A stretch of 64,000 nt of DNA from positions 30,876,001 to 30,940,000 of the forward strand of contig NC_091982.1 in assembly GCF_044704955.1 (NCBI RefSeq), in the 5' to 3' direction. The notes beneath the pieces are model-generated. The model made no database searches. It had not been told where the DNA came from and saw only the letters and a program-made list of their open reading frames with translations. The translations under genes and the position numbers were made by a program. The DNA comes from Pristiophorus japonicus (lineage: Eukaryota). Positions 1-13,616 of the stretch are shown piece by piece (positions within the stretch are counted from its first letter, which is position 1; the number at the start of each line of letters is the position of its first letter).

Positions 1-616
1 TCCGATTGCCCTTGTCTGCCTAGAGAACTGTGTGCCGCGTTAACAATGTTGACTCCCTGGTCGTTTGCCAGATTTGAGCCAAGATTTTTGTCATACATCA
101 TTCTGGTCTCTTCCTCCCCTGAGATAAATGTCTGGGCTATCAGAGCCGCCGCTTCCAAGGTCAAGTCTTTGGTCTCAATCAGTTTCCTGAAAACCCCAGC
201 GTACCCGATGCCCTCAATAAAAAAGTCTCGCAGCATCACCACTCTGCATGCATCTGGGAACTTACATAGGCTCACCAGTCGCCGGAGATCTGCCATGAAA
301 TCAGGAACGCTTTGCCCTTCTCGCCGCCAGTGCATGTAAAACCGGTGTCTCGCCTTGTGCATGCTGCTCGCCGGTTTAAGGTGTTCCCTGATCAACTTAC
401 TGAGCTCTTCGAACGTCTTGTCCGCCGGCTTCTCTGGCGCTAGATCATCAGGGAGTACGTTCTGGATCCACAAACTGTCAGGAGATGAGCCCTGCGTTTG
501 TCGGCTGAATCCTGTCCCAGCCATTCCTTAGTGACAAAACTTTGCTGTAGTCTCTCAATAAAGTCGTCCCAATCATCACCAACACAGTACCTCTCTTCTG
601 TGTTACTAGTGGCCAT
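1..616 (-). pseudogene. Gypsy/Ty3 LTR retrotransposon gag region, frameshifted, continues past the window start
   Basis: ATG at 616-614 reads MATSNTEERYCVGDDWDDFIERLQQSFVTKEWLG...LLTVCGSRTYSLM. After a frameshift near 445 it continues LAPEKPADKTFEELSKLIREHLKP...RHRFY...DLTLEAA, typical of vertebrate Gypsy gag. It lies directly downstream of a PBS and LTR. Confidence 0.85.
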
Positions 617-641
617 ACTCACACGGTTTAAATCCCAGTTT

Positions 642-898
642 CTCGTCGCCAATGATATGTACTTGCTATGCAGTATAAATGCACACGAGGCCCATACTTG
701 AGAGAAGGTCACTCTGTGACCAGTTACCTTTATTACCAAGACCTCAAGTGATGAAAGTGGGTGGAGCTTCCCCTTTATACCTGAAAGTGCAGGTTAGGAG
801 TGTCTCCCACAAGTTCAACCCCTTGTAGTCAATGTTCTCAAGGTGTATAACTTAGGTCAGCTTATACATGGGTTACAATGATATTTGAATACATTACA
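642..898 (-). mobile_element. 5' LTR (653-898) and primer-binding site (642-651) of the Gypsy element
   Basis: Minus strand reads TGTAATGT...ACATATCA with internal TATAAA (~774-779) and AATAAA (729-734), then TGGCGACGAG (tRNA PBS) one base later. Confidence 0.8.
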
Positions 899-3548
899 CA
901 GTGCACAACTGTTGTGCCGTGAAAATCCTGATTGATGCACAAGGCCTTGCACAGAGTAAGACTACATTGGAAATATGAACCGAGATAAAATGGTTAATCC
1001 TGGATCGATCAACTTATTCTGAAATTAAGTCGATCAAAAAGAAAAGGAATCTGTATTTACATATATAAATGGGAATTTTTAATATTTTTATTTTCCACAG
1101 ATTGTGCTATCCTGAGTATGACAGAGTGTAATAGTTTGTAAACGTTACATCAGGATACTGTGCAGCAGAACAATTTTACGAAAGTTGGCACTTGCGAAAA
1201 TATTTGCATTCACCCTCCAAGTTATGTAGTTACTCCTGCCACATACGTTGCAGCCCTCGCATAGATCACAAACCACTAATGTGAAATGTTAACATTCTCC
1301 TGCCTGAAAGAATCATGTTGCTCGTTTGCAGAATTGTACGTTATACAATCAGTTTGGTATAATAAGAAAATGCTGCCGGGCATATTGTTTACAAGACTCT
1401 CGATTTGTAACAACATATCGAACTGCACAACAAGGTTCAAATTTTACTCATAACATACTGTTTTGCTTGCAAAATGTGTCCCACATGTTTTCAGCCTTAT
1501 CAACATTGATTTATGAAGAAATAAGAGTTTTAACAAAGAGTTCATACTTTTTTTACTCAGACAACTCCGAAACGTAGATTATTTTGTAACAGATCTGTCA
1601 ACATCTGAAACGTTCTTATATTCTTTTCTCCTGTGAAAGACGAGAGTGATTTTTTAAATTCTGTTTAAATTAGCCTGAGCAGACATCTCAAGGATGAGAG
1701 GGAGATACAGATGTATTCTTAGTGTTACTATTAAAAAACTGTCCCCACAACTAGACATCAAGCTTCCCCTCACAGACTGAAATTGTGTACGCAACATTAA
1801 TAGGTATCAGTATGAAATTATTTTGTCTGCAATTTTAAAAGGGGTATTATTCTATTTGTTTTCAAAGGGTTTGGTGCCTTTATTAAAATAGTAGTAAGAG
1901 GAATTTCATATGTATGCATTAGCACTTTTGTTACTAAGATTACACAATGCAATTCAACCCCTTTCAACATGATCCAAACCAAGTGTTGTGATATTGCAGC
2001 AGACGTCATCTGCTGCTGAGTGAAATCTCCTTCTGAGTATTTTCAACAGAAATATGTAAAAGTAGACGCTCACATTCTGATAAACAATTCCAAAAAAGGG
2101 CAGCATGGCAATGTAAGATCATCATCGTACATCTGTTGGCATCATGTGGGACTGTGTTACTAACTCATAAGAGCTCACAATCCCATACTGTGTCTTGCTT
2201 GTGGTCTGCTCTCAGGAATGCTCCAACATTCTGAAACATGGAATACTGAGATGTGGGTCTAAGCCCACAATTCCCCACATGGCAAGTTATTGACGTCAAA
2301 TGTGCCACCCTGAGTAATTACCAAATGGGAACCAGGAGCTTCTACACACATAAATAATGATTAGGACCTCTATTAAAATTGTAATGTCTAATAATTGATA
2401 TTCATTGCTGCAGAAGCTCACTTCAAATGGCTGATTTATGAAATTTTAAAAATGCCAGAGTGGAACAGTTGGGTAATCTTGTGAAATTGGCGATGAGTAG
2501 TGGGAGCATTACTTCAGATATAACCATCCCATAACTGACCTCAGAGTGCTTGATGCTGACATTGGGTGCCTGAAATGGAAAGCATCCAATTTCACCAATA
2601 GGATCCCTTACTTTAATCAGCACAAAATCTTACAAAGAAGGAAAAAAAATATTCTGATCAACTCTATACCTTAATAGAGCCCTTTCACTTGCTGTGTGGA
2701 TGCTGGATTAGCCCCGCCTCCTGTTCCAAGTAGTTACTTTCTGTCATTGAACAGCAAGAGAAAGAAAGGGGCCACCACTGAATCCCCAGCTCTGGTGACA
2801 CACCATGGCTGGACAGGCCATAAGCAGCGATACACAGATCAACAAGTCTGCCAAGGGCTATTGGTGAGGGAGAGGTGGGCCACAGGGTCCCCAGGCTTTA
2901 TTGCATGCCACGTGTGTATACAGTAGTTGCAAAAATAATTTTACAAGTCAATTTTAGAGGATGAGATGTCCCTTTTAAATGTTGAATGTATTATTTTTTA
3001 ATCTAATGAAAAAAGATGTGGCTTTTTCATTATAATCCATGATTGTGAAGGAAAGAGTGGAAATAAAGGATTGTTCACTCTCCACCTCGAACAAGGACCC
3101 ATCCCTGGAGGCTCACTTGCCAAAAGTTCCTCCCCCAAACTCCAAACAGTCAAACGTCCCCTCCTTCAAGTAGCAATAAGTCCAAACAAGACAATGACAG
3201 CTCCCAACTGAGGCAGAATCCTACTGCCACCCACCCCGCTCCACTCACACAGCCTATTTGAACACCAGGGGTTAAGATCAAAATCAAATTGTGTCAGTCC
3301 TCAGAAATGCATTTCTTCCAGCAGAGCTCTGGCACAAAAAAATGTACCCTCCCAGCAAACACATAGCAATAAAAATGTAAAAATGTAAAATCAAAATAAT
3401 ATGTAGCTGTATGTAAATGTTCAAAAATTCAATTAAAAAAATCAACAAAAAAGATTGTTAAATCAATGCAGCTTGAGCTGGCCAGTCTGCTGTGCTGAAT
3501 ACTGAGCACAGTCTCATTCTCTGATTTGCTTTCTTTTCTTTGTTGTAG

Positions 3549-3682
3549 GATGGAAAGGATTACATTCCTTTGAACACTATGTTGATAACAGATGGTGATT
3601 CAGGCCTCTCCTCTGCAGACCCCATTCTCACAGAAGACATATCCAATCCAAAAGTTAATTACAATTGCACAGGAGTCATTGG
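3549..3682 (+). CDS. kdrl: VEGF receptor (KDR-like/VEGFR4) C-terminal tail exon, phase 0 to 2
   Basis: Polypyrimidine tract and tgtag acceptor; DGKDYIPLNTMLITDGDSGLSSADPILTEDISNPKVNYNCTGVI; donor gg|gtaagg. DGKDYI is the conserved post-kinase tyrosine motif of KDR (Y1175) and FLT1 (Y1169). Confidence 0.9.
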
Positions 3683-3872
3683 GTAAGGCATTCTTAGTCA
3701 TTAGACAAATCAAGAAGTGCTTGTTAAATTGTACAAAAAAAAACAAAGCTCTTTTCCTGTGTAAAAGGTTTTGGAGAAAGAACCCTGATGTTTGTACTAT
3801 TGTGTCATGTCCTGTTCCAAATTACCGACCTGCGTACATTGAATTGCCATTCTTTGTCCTTCTTGCTGATAG

Positions 3873-3963
3873 AGTCAACTGCAATAATGCAAAGAAGAGG
3901 CCACTGAGTGTGAAAACATTTGATGAAGTTCCTGTAGAAAACAAGACTACTGTGATACATGAG
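3873..3963 (+). CDS. kdrl: KDRL exon, phase 2 to 0
   Basis: gatag acceptor; (G)VNCNNAKKRPLSVKTFDEVPVENKTTVIHE; donor gag|gtaagt. RPxSVKTF is a VEGFR tail motif and the exon is in frame with the previous one. Confidence 0.9.
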
Positions 3964-4363
3964 GTAAGTTTTTAAATATGGACCTGTCAATCTAGAATTA
4001 AACAATGTATAAATTTTCACACTAAATTGAAGAACATAAAGCTTGAAATGAGAAACGGTGATTTGGCTGATCAAGGACATTCCAGCCACAGTTCATGCAG
4101 CAGCTCAATCATGGACTCCCCAACTCCTATCCATACCCAGGATTTCTGTACTCGCTCTTCGACCTCCATTTAAATCAGACATACAGATACAGCGTCAAGA
4201 ATCCGGAGTTCCAGACTCCATAATGTTCTGGAATCCGGACACTGGGACGATCCGTGGTGGAGTCGTCCAGAATCTGAAAAATATTCCGGAATCTGGACCC
4301 CCGCCTCAGATTACCGCTAATCTCTCCCCGCCGACCTCATCCCTGCCTCGGGCCATCGCTGAC

Positions 4364-7016
4364 ATAAGAACATAAGAACATAAGAATTAGGAACAGGAGT
4401 AGGCCATCTAGCCCCTCAAGCCTGCTCCGCCATTCAATAAGATCATGGCTAATCTGGCCGTGGACTCAGCTCCACTTACCCGCCCTCTCTCCGTAACCCT
4501 TAATTCCCTTTTTGGTTAAAAATCTATCTATCTGTGACTTGAATACATTCAACGAGCTAGCCTCAACTGCTTCCTTGGGCAGAGAATTCCACAGATTCAC
4601 AACCCTCTGGGAGAAGAAATTCCTTCTCAACTCGGTTTGAAATTGGCTCCCCCGTATTTTGAGGCTGTGCCCCCTAGTTCTAGCCTCCCATACCAGTGGA
4701 AACAACCTCTCTGCCTCTATCTTGTCTATCCCTTTCATGATTTTAAATGTTTCTATAAGATCACCCCTCATCCTTCTGAACTCCAACGAGTAAATACCCT
4801 GTCTACTCAATCTATCATCATAAGGTAACCCCCTCATCTCCGGAATCAGCCAAGTGAATCGTCTCTGTACCCCCTCCAAGGCTAGTATATCCTTCCTTAA
4901 GTAAGGTGATCAAAACTGCACGTAGTACTCCAGGTGTGGCCTCACCAATATCCTATACAGTTGCAGCAGGACCTCCCTGCTTTTGTACTCCATCCCTCTC
5001 GCAATGAAGGCCAACATTCCATTCGCCTTCCTGATTACCTGCTGCACCTGCAAACTAACTTTTTGGGATTCATGCACAAGGACCCCCAGGTCCCTCTGCA
5101 TCTCAGCATGCTGTAATTTCTCCCCATTCAAATAATATTACCTTTTACTGTTTTTTTTCCCAAGGTGGATGACCTCACACTTTCCGACATTGTATTCCAT
5201 CTGCCAAACCTTCGCCCATTCGCTTAACCTATCCAAATTTCTTTGCAGCCTCTCGTGTCCTCTACACAACCCACTTTCCCACTAATCTTAGTGTCATCTG
5301 CAAATTTTGTTACTCTGCACTCTGTCCCCTCTTCCAGGTCATCTATGTATATTGTAAACAGTTGTGGTCCCAGCACCGATCTCTGTGGCACACCACTAAC
5401 CACCGATTTCCAACCCGAAAAGGACCCATTTATCCCGACTCTCTGCTTTCTGTTCGCCAGCCAATTCTCTATCCATGCTAATACATTTCCCCTGACTCCA
5501 CGTACCTCTATCTTCTGCAGTAACCTTTTGTGTGGCACCTTATCGAATGCCTTTTGGAAATCTAAATACACCACATCCATCGGTACACCTCTAACCACCA
5601 TGCTCATTATATCCTCAAAGAATTCTAGTAAATTAGTTAAACATGATTTCCCCTTCATGAATCCATGCTGCGTCTGCTTGATTGCACTATTCCTATCTAG
5701 ATGTCCCGCTATTTCTTCCTTAATGATAGTTTCAAGCATTTTCCCCACTACAGATGTTAAACTAACCAGCCTATAGTTACCTGCCTTTTGTCTGCCCCCT
5801 TTTTTAAACAGAGGCGTTACATTAGCTGCTTTCCAATCCGCTGGTACCTCCCCAGAGTCCAGAGAATTTTGGTAGATTATAACGAATGCATCTGCTATAA
5901 CTTCCGCCATCTCTTTTAATACCCTGGGATGCATTTCATCAGGACCAGGGGACTTGTCTACCTTAAGTCCCATTAGCCTGTCCAGCACTACCCCCCTAGT
6001 GATAGTGACTGTCTCAAGGTCCTCCCTTCCCACATTCCCGTGACCAGCAATTTTTGGCATGGTTTTTGTGTCTTCCAGGGTGAAGACCGAAGCAAAATAA
6101 TTGTTTAAGGTCTCAGCCATTTCCACATTTCCCATTATTAAATCCCCCATCTCATCTTCTAAGGGACCAACATTTACTTTAGTCACTCTTTTCCGTTTAT
6201 ATATCTGTAAAAGCTTTTACTATCTGTTTTTATGTTTTGCGCAAGTTTACCTTCGAAATCTATTTTTCCTTTCTTTATTACTTTTTTAGTCATTCTTTGC
6301 TGTTGTTTAAAATTTTCCCAATCTTCTAGTTTCCCACTAACCTTGGCCACCTTATACGCATTGGTCTTTGATTTGATACTCTCCTTTATTTCCTTGGTTA
6401 TCCACGGCTGGTTATCCCTTCTCTTACCGCCCTTCTTTTTCACTGGAATATATTTTTGTTATGCACTCTGAAAGAGCTCCTTAAAAGTCCTCCACGGTTC
6501 CTCAATTGTGCCACCGTTTAGTCTTTGTTTCCAGTCTACTTTAGCCAACTCTGCCCTCATCCCACTGTAGTCCCCTTTGTTTAAGCATAGTACACTCGTT
6601 TCTGACACAACTTCCTCACCCTCAATCTGTATTACAAATTCAACCAAACTGTGATCACTCATTCCGAGAGGATCTTTTACTAGGAGATCGTTTATTTTTC
6701 CTGTCTCATTACACAGGACCAGATCTAAGATAGCTTTGCTCCCTTGTAGGTTCTGTGACATACTGTTCTAAGAAACAATCCCGTATGCATTCTATGAATT
6801 CCTCCTCCAGGCTACCCCGTGCAATTTGAGTTGACCAATCGATATGTAGGTTAAAATCCCCCATGTCTACTGCCGTTCCTTTTTTACATGTCTCCATTAT
6901 TCCCTTGATTATTGCCTGCCCCACCGTGAAGTTATTATTTGAGGGCCTATAAACTACACCCACCAGTGACTTTTTCCCCTTACTATCTCTAATCTCCACC
7001 CACAATGATTCAACAA
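4364..7016 (-). mobile_element. CR1 LINE, 5'-truncated, ORF2 (APE end + RT) frameshifted
   Basis: ORF pieces with GVVYRP, MGDFN, KSPGPD, QHGFMKGKSCLTNL, YLDFQKAFDKV, KFADDTK, WNSLP. (TTCTTATG)n tail at 4364-4386. TGAC on both flanks. Confidence 0.95.
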
Positions 7017-7020
7017 TGAC

Positions 7021-7665
7021 CTCATCCCCCCCCCTCGGGCCGACTACCCCTCCGCCCTTCGTGCCGCCACCCCCCCTTGGGCCGACGCCCTCCTCGGGCC
7101 AACTCCTCTCTCCTCGGGCCGACTCCTCTCCCCCCCCTCTGGCCGATTCCCCCTCGTGCCAGCTCCCCTCCCCCCCTCGGGCTGACTCCCCTCCCCCCCT
7201 CTGGCCGATTCCCCCTCGGGCCGCCCCCGCCCCCCCCTTAGGCTGACTCCCCCTCTGGCCGACTCCTCTGTTCACCTCTCGGACCGGCTCCCCCTCAGGC
7301 CGAACCCCCACCCCCTCGGGCCGACTCCACTCCCCCCCTCAGGCCAGCTGCCCTCCCCCCCTCGGGCCAACTCCCCTCCCCCCTCGGCCTGACTCCCCCT
7401 CGGGCCGACTCCACTCCCCCCCTCGGGCCAGCTGCCCTCCCCCCCTCGGGCCAACTCCCCTCCCCCCTCGGTCTGACTCCCCCTCGGGCCAACTCCCCTC
7501 CCCCCTCAGGCCCCCCCTCCCGTTCACCCCTCGGCCAACTCCCCCTCAGGCTGCCCCCCCCCCCCCCCATCGGGCCAACTCCCCTCCCCCCCTCGGGCCG
7601 ACTCCCCCTCCCCCCCCCTCGGGCCGACTCCCCCTCCCCCCCTTGGGCCTACTCCCCTCCCCTAC
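7021..7665. repeat. C-rich minisatellite (CCCCCTCGGGCCGACTCCCCT-like, ~20-23 bp) inside the Tigger-like element
   Basis: Imperfect tandem units are visible directly and explain the spurious G/P-rich ORFs. Confidence 0.9.
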
Positions 7666-10001
7666 CTACTTAACTACCTACCTTGGCCCAGGCGTTTCCA
7701 GACTCAGGACGTCGGATAAACATTCCGTAATCTGGAAATACACGAACCTATGCTCAGGCATTTACGGATCCGGAATATCATAAAGACATTCCAAAGTCCG
7801 GAAATACACAGAATCCGGAGTGGCCTCAGTCCCGAGGCTTCCGGATTCTCTACGCTGTACTTGTATCTATTAATTTGTCTATAACCCTCAATCCCTTGTC
7901 TTGACAGGTATTGATTCAGTTCATTTTTAAAGGTATCAGTTGAACTAGAAACAACTGGAAAAGGTTTACAACACCACCCCCTGCACAAAATACAAACCCA
8001 CTAATATGTTACACTAGGAAGCATATTCTCCATAGAATAGTCCCCAAACTCCCCAACTACCAACAAATCACCCTGATTGTGGAGCATGTAACACTGTACA
8101 CCAATGGGTACAACTTTGTTAATAGTCTCATTAGTCTAGAAATTACACAGTGGAATATTAGTGTACATATGTTTAATGTATTCATATGAAACTACTTTGT
8201 CCACTGTTTTAATGTAGGTGTTCATTCAATCCATTTAAAATAACAAGTTAATAACTCCAATAAATAGTAAAGTAATTTTATACAAGTTCATTAAACATCA
8301 TATTGCACAGGGTAATATATACACTTTTATATCCTCCAGTAAATGTGTAGGCAAAATGTATAACTGCATCAATAAATAAGCCAGTGTAAAGTTCTGAAAA
8401 AAGAAGACTTTTCTCAACAAAAAAAGAATGACAAAGCAAAAGCCCTTGTCACCCTGATGTTAATGGTATTAAGCAATTTCTCAGCTCCTTCTCTGGGAGA
8501 AGCTATTGGGGTACCTAAGCTTCTCCAATGCTAAGGCCTCCAATATGCATTCCTGTGGTGACACAAAAAGCCAGTAGAGGTCGGTCTAAATGAAAATCGA
8601 CCTTATTGTTGTCCAGTGGGTTATTTTGACAACAGATTCAGACTGCTGTCCATTGTAAATCAATAGTTCACACACAGACCACATAAAGCTCCACTCAAAT
8701 AAAAGTACAAAATGATATCAAGAAAAACTAAACAAATATACTTTTTGTATTTACATTCCCACAGCTAAAACACCAGTGCCTGTTAATAGAAGTGACAGCT
8801 GAGGCCTAGTAAAGGATTTGACAGTAAACGTGTTTATTTTTCCAATACCCAACATAACTGATTGCAGCACACAGGTAGCATTAGAGACTAATCCTTCATC
8901 CCTCTTCTGTAGATAGATGTTGCACTTGGGAATGTATAAGTACTACTGGGTCACATTAGTGAATCATTACACAGTGTCACAGATAGTAGGTCACAAGCTG
9001 TCTAACAATGCTTTGGGTCCCTGATCTTGTCCAGTACCACCAGGGGGAGTGCACAAGCAGAAGCAAAGTGCTTTCTGACAGAGAGGCAAGGAAAATCAGA
9101 GAGTGAGCTATTTGCCATCCTGTTTTATCTGTTTGCCATGCGGGGCTAATACAAAATTTGCCAGAACTTGAATTCAGAATTAAAGCTGTTTAGCACACTT
9201 GATAGCTCTGGTGTGTTTTGGGTTCTACATGAACATTTCTAGTTAACATTCGTTGTGGCTTAGTTGACTCCAGTAGTTGTACAATTGACATTTATTACAT
9301 TTTTAATCAGCTAACACCCATGTTGTGCAGGTAATGGACATGAGGTTACAGAGTGGCATTTGATATGTTGTCTGCCTATCCCATTAATGGATGGTATGTG
9401 GGTAGAAGTAGAGTAAAATATATTGTTTTAAAAGAAGATTAAAAAATCCAATAACTCCAATTTGAATTTCTGTAACTAAATTATATTTATGAGTAGCTGC
9501 AACAATCCCTCTGTTCAAAAGTGTTTTATTTACACTACTGCCAAGTCTCCCTGGTGATGTAACAGGAAAATTCAAGAACATCAGAATTACTTGGAAAGCT
9601 ACCCAGACAAAAGCTTACAAAATAAATGTCGTCCAAATGTGTCACACTACCAATAAATGGGCAGGGCCTAATCTAATATGAATAACAAATATGTTACAGG
9701 AGCAGTGTATGGTTAAAGGTTAATCTGACATGAACAGCATATATGCCACAGTATCAGTGAATGGATGAAGCCTAATCTGATAAGAGTTGCAATAAATAAT
9801 GTAACAGGGATTCTTTCCACCTTCACCTAGAGGATAAAACATAGGAAATAATTTGGAATAATCTCTACGGTGACTCATCTCTACACTGCGTGCATTTGCT
9901 CAGTGCTAATCTCATGTGGTTCATATGTGATGGGTTAGGGAACTATGAAGGCGGTGCTCAAGTGGAAACCACTCATGTATGAGTGCTGCAATTCCTGTGT
10001 T

Positions 10002-12190
10002 ACATAGAAACATAGAAACATAGAAAATAGATGCAGGAGTAGGCCATTCGGCCCTTCGATCCTGCACCACCATTCAATAAGATCATGGCTGATCATTCAC
10101 CTGAGTACCCCTTTCCTGCTTTCTCTCCATACCCCTTGATCCGCTTAACTGTAAGGGCCATATCGAACTCCCTCTTGAATATATCCAATGAACTGGCATC
10201 AACAACTCTCTGCGGCAGGGAATTCCACAGGTTAACAACTCTCTGAGTGAAGAAGTTTCTCCTCATCTCAGTCTTAAATGACTTACCCCTTATCCTTAGA
10301 CTGTGTCCCCTGGTTCTGGACTTCCCCAACATCGGGAACATTCATCCTGCATCTAACCTGTCCAGTCCCGTCAGAATTTTATATGTTTCTATGAGATCCC
10401 CTCTCATCCTTCTAAACTCCAGTGAATAAAGGCCCAGTCGATCCAGTCTCTCCTCATATGTCAGTCCAGCCATCCCGGGAATCAGTCTGGTGAACCTTCA
10501 CTGCACTCCCTCAAAGCAAGAACGGCCTTCCTCAGATTAGGAGACCAAAATTGAACACAATATTCCAGGTGAGGCCTCACCAAGGCCCTGTACAACTGCA
10601 GTAAGACCTCCCTGCTCCAATACTAAAAACCCCTAGCTATGAAGGCCAACATACCATTTGCCTTCTTCACCGCCCGCTGTATCTGCATGCCAACTTTCAA
10701 TGACTGATGTACCATGACACCCAGGTCTCGTTGCACCTCCCCTTTTCCTAACCTTCCGCCATTCAGATAATATTCTGTCTTCGTGTTTTTGCCCCCAAAG
10801 TGGATGACCTCACATTTATCCACACTATACTGCATCTGCCATGTGTTTGCCCATTCACCTAACCTGTCCAAATCACCCTGCAGCCTCTTAGATTCCTCCT
10901 CACAGCTCACACCGCCACCCAGTTTAGTGTCATCTGCAAACTTGGAGCTATTACACTCAATTCCTTCATCCAAATCATTAATGTATATTGTAAATAGCTG
11001 GGGTTCCAGAACTGAGCCCTGCGGCACCCCACTAGTCACTGCCTGCCATTCTGAAAAGGACCCGTTTATCCCGACTCTCTGCTTCCTGTCTGCCAACCAG
11101 TTCTCTATTCATGTCAATACATTGCCCCCAATACCATGTGCTTTAATTTTGCACACCAATCTCTTGTGTGGGACGTTGTCAAAAGCCTTTTGAAATTCCA
11201 AATACACCACATCCACTGGTTCTCCCTTGTCCACTCTACTAATTACATCCTCAAAAAATTCCAGAAGATTTGTCAAGCATGATTTCCCTTTCATAAATCC
11301 ATGTTGACTTGGACCAATCCTGTCACTGCTTTCCAAACGCACTGTTATTTCATCTTTAATAATTGATTCCAACATTTTCCCTACTACTGATGTCAGGTTA
11401 ACCGGTCTATAATTACCCGTTTTCTCTCTCCCTCCTTTTTTAAAAAGCAGTGTTACATTAGCTACCCTCCAGTCCATAGGAACTGATCCAGAGTCGATAG
11501 ACTGTTGGAAAATGATCACCAATGCATCCACTATTTCTAGGGCCACTTCCTTAAGTACTCTGGGATGCAGACTATCAGGCCCTGGGGAATTATCCGCCTA
11601 CAATCCCATCAATTTCCCTAACACAATTTCCCGCCTGATAAGGATATCCTTCAGTTCCTCCTTCTCACGAGACCCTTGGTCCCCTAGTACTTCCGGAAGG
11701 TTATTTGTGTCTTCCTTCGTGAAGACAGAACCAAAGTATTTATTCAACTGGTCTGCCATTTCTTTGTTCCCCATTATAAATTCACCTGAATCTGATGGCA
11801 AGGGACCTACATTTGTCTTCACTAATATTTTTCTCTTCACATATCTATAGAAGCTTTTGCAGTCAGTTTTTATGTTCCAGCAAGCTTCCTCTCATACTCT
11901 TTTCTCCCCCTCCTAATTAAACCCTTTGTCCTTCTTTGCTGAATTCTAAATTTCTCCCAGTCCTCAGGTTTGCTGCCAATTTTCTGACCAATTTATATGC
12001 CTCTTCCTTGGATTTAACACTATCCTTAATTTCCCTTGTTCGCCATGGTTGAGCCACCTTCCCCGTTTTGTTTTTACTCCAGACAGGGATGTACAATTGT
12101 TGAAGTTCATCCATGTGATCTTTAAATGTTTGCCATTGCTTATCCACCGTCAACCCTTTAAGTATCATTTGCCAGTCTATTGTAGCCAAT
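10002..12190 (-). mobile_element. CR1 LINE (second subfamily), 5'-truncated and decayed
   Basis: RT motifs QHGFMKGKSCLTNL, SGVPQGSVL, KFADDTK. Tail (TTTCTATG)n at 10002-10027. Confidence 0.95.
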
Positions 12191-12719
12191 GTGGTTCAGT
12201 GCCAGTCCTGATTGGGTCCGATGGAGCCCTGCACTTGGTGCTGACCTCAGTGGGCTTATGAAAATTAGGTCATGGGCACTAAGTGCAGACCTTGGGTTAC
12301 TTACTCGCGTGCTGTCAACAGTGGGAATAACACATACATATTCTCAAAATAAAACCATCAGCATTACAAACTTAACATTCAGCCCACACTGCATAGACTC
12401 CTGAGTTAACTCATAGCTAATAAGAGGATTCCCCAAACCCGAGGACCTGAAAATGATCGTGAGTAATGTTATACAAAAATATTGGTATCAAATTCCTCTC
12501 TCCACTATGTTAACTCATTAACTTATTTAAATTAAGAAGATTAATATCTAATAAGATAGTGGAGAGAAAATTTGCTGAGCGTGCGTTATATTCTCACCCT
12601 GAATCCAAGGGTTTTATTTAGGGTCAAATGTTTGAATAGCTGAGTGATAATGTGATTGATTGTTTCCATACTCTTGTTTTACAGCTTATTGGTGGTCTAT
12701 TATATGATTAAAAAATAAT

Positions 12720-13200
12720 GGGCCTGAATTTGCGGTCGGATGTCTCTGACCTGCAAAAAATCTACAAACTTACCTTCTAGCCCAGGATCCAGGGAGACTT
12801 GCACTCCTGGGCCTCGATGCATAGACATGCATAGATGCCCACGTATCCCAGGGGCACATGCTTAATCCCAATAAGCATGAATGGGGATCACATAAAAACA
12901 CATTTAACATAACAAATCAATTAAAAAAAACATTACATATTTAAAATTAATTAAAATACAATATAATTAAACATTTAAAACAAAAAATTAAGTTTTTTGA
13001 AAAATAAATGTTAATGTTTTAAAGGGGCAAAAAATAACCTTACCTTATTTTACATGTGTTTAAATGAATGAAAAAAATATATTTTATGTTTTTTAAAACC
13101 TTGGTTACCAGGCATAAGAATTTCACGGGCACTCGCTGGGCAGAACTCTCCGCCCACAGATGCCCTTTTCCCGGGGATGGGGATGATCTGTCAAGAGAAT
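12720..13200 (+). mobile_element. Partial non-autonomous DNA-transposon-like repeat (same family as 18143-18895)
   Basis: Shared 5' end (GAATTTGCGGTCGGA / AAATTGCGGTCGGA), AT-rich core and GGGGATG...GATCTGTCAAGAGA block. Harbinger affinity is inferred from the GGG..AATT terminus. Confidence 0.55.
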
Positions 13201-13350
13201 TATTAGTACAAGCTATCTGCTAAACCTCTTACCTCAGTGTTATCTATGTAGAATGAGTTCAAATAAATAATTTTACTGTAGTTTAGGTTTGAGAAAAATA
13301 AATGGAGAGAACAGAGCAGAGCCCAGGGAAGGTTGGCATTTCTCAGCTCA

Positions 13351-13568
13351 CTGATGAGCTGAAGTGCCTGAAGCGTCTAGAAACCAGATCCCACCCTTTT
13401 GGAATAATTACATTAGCGTGAGTATGCCCAGTTCTTTAAAGTTAATTACAAGAAACTTTCTGAAACAGCCAGGATGCATCAGCACTTTTGCTACATTAAT
13501 AACCAAAGCTGTTGTTTTGGAAAGGTGATGTATTTTGGAGTTTACGAGTTATCTTCTCCCCCTTCATT
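13351..13568 (+). repeat. 218-bp duplicate of 13651-13868 (3' part of a KDRL exon, donor and intron)
   Basis: Direct comparison shows 5 mismatches in 218 bp, offset exactly 300 bp. Confidence 0.95.
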
Positions 13569-13616
13569 GGTCTTGTACCCATGTATGTTTCTCATTAGGT
13601 GTGTTATGATCCACAG

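Larger units (their letters stand above)
4190..7857. mobile_element. Tigger/pogo-like (Tc1-mariner) non-autonomous DNA transposon hosting a CR1 insertion and a GC-rich minisatellite
   Basis: TA at 4188-4189 and 7858-7859. TIRs CAGCGTCAAGAATCCGGA and TCCGGATTCTCTACGCTG. Multiple internal TCCGGA subterminal motifs. Confidence 0.75.

Noticed and set aside
1085-1135. Possible extra KDRL exon after ttttccacag
   Set aside because: No kinase-domain similarity and early stops; the preceding exon is probably upstream of the window.
3592-3975. 127-aa ORF as a standalone gene
   Set aside because: Only 3873-3963 is coding in this frame; the rest is off-frame exon and intron.
6709-7570. Gly/Pro-rich ORFs
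   Set aside because: Translation of the C-rich minisatellite, partly fused to CR1 sequence.
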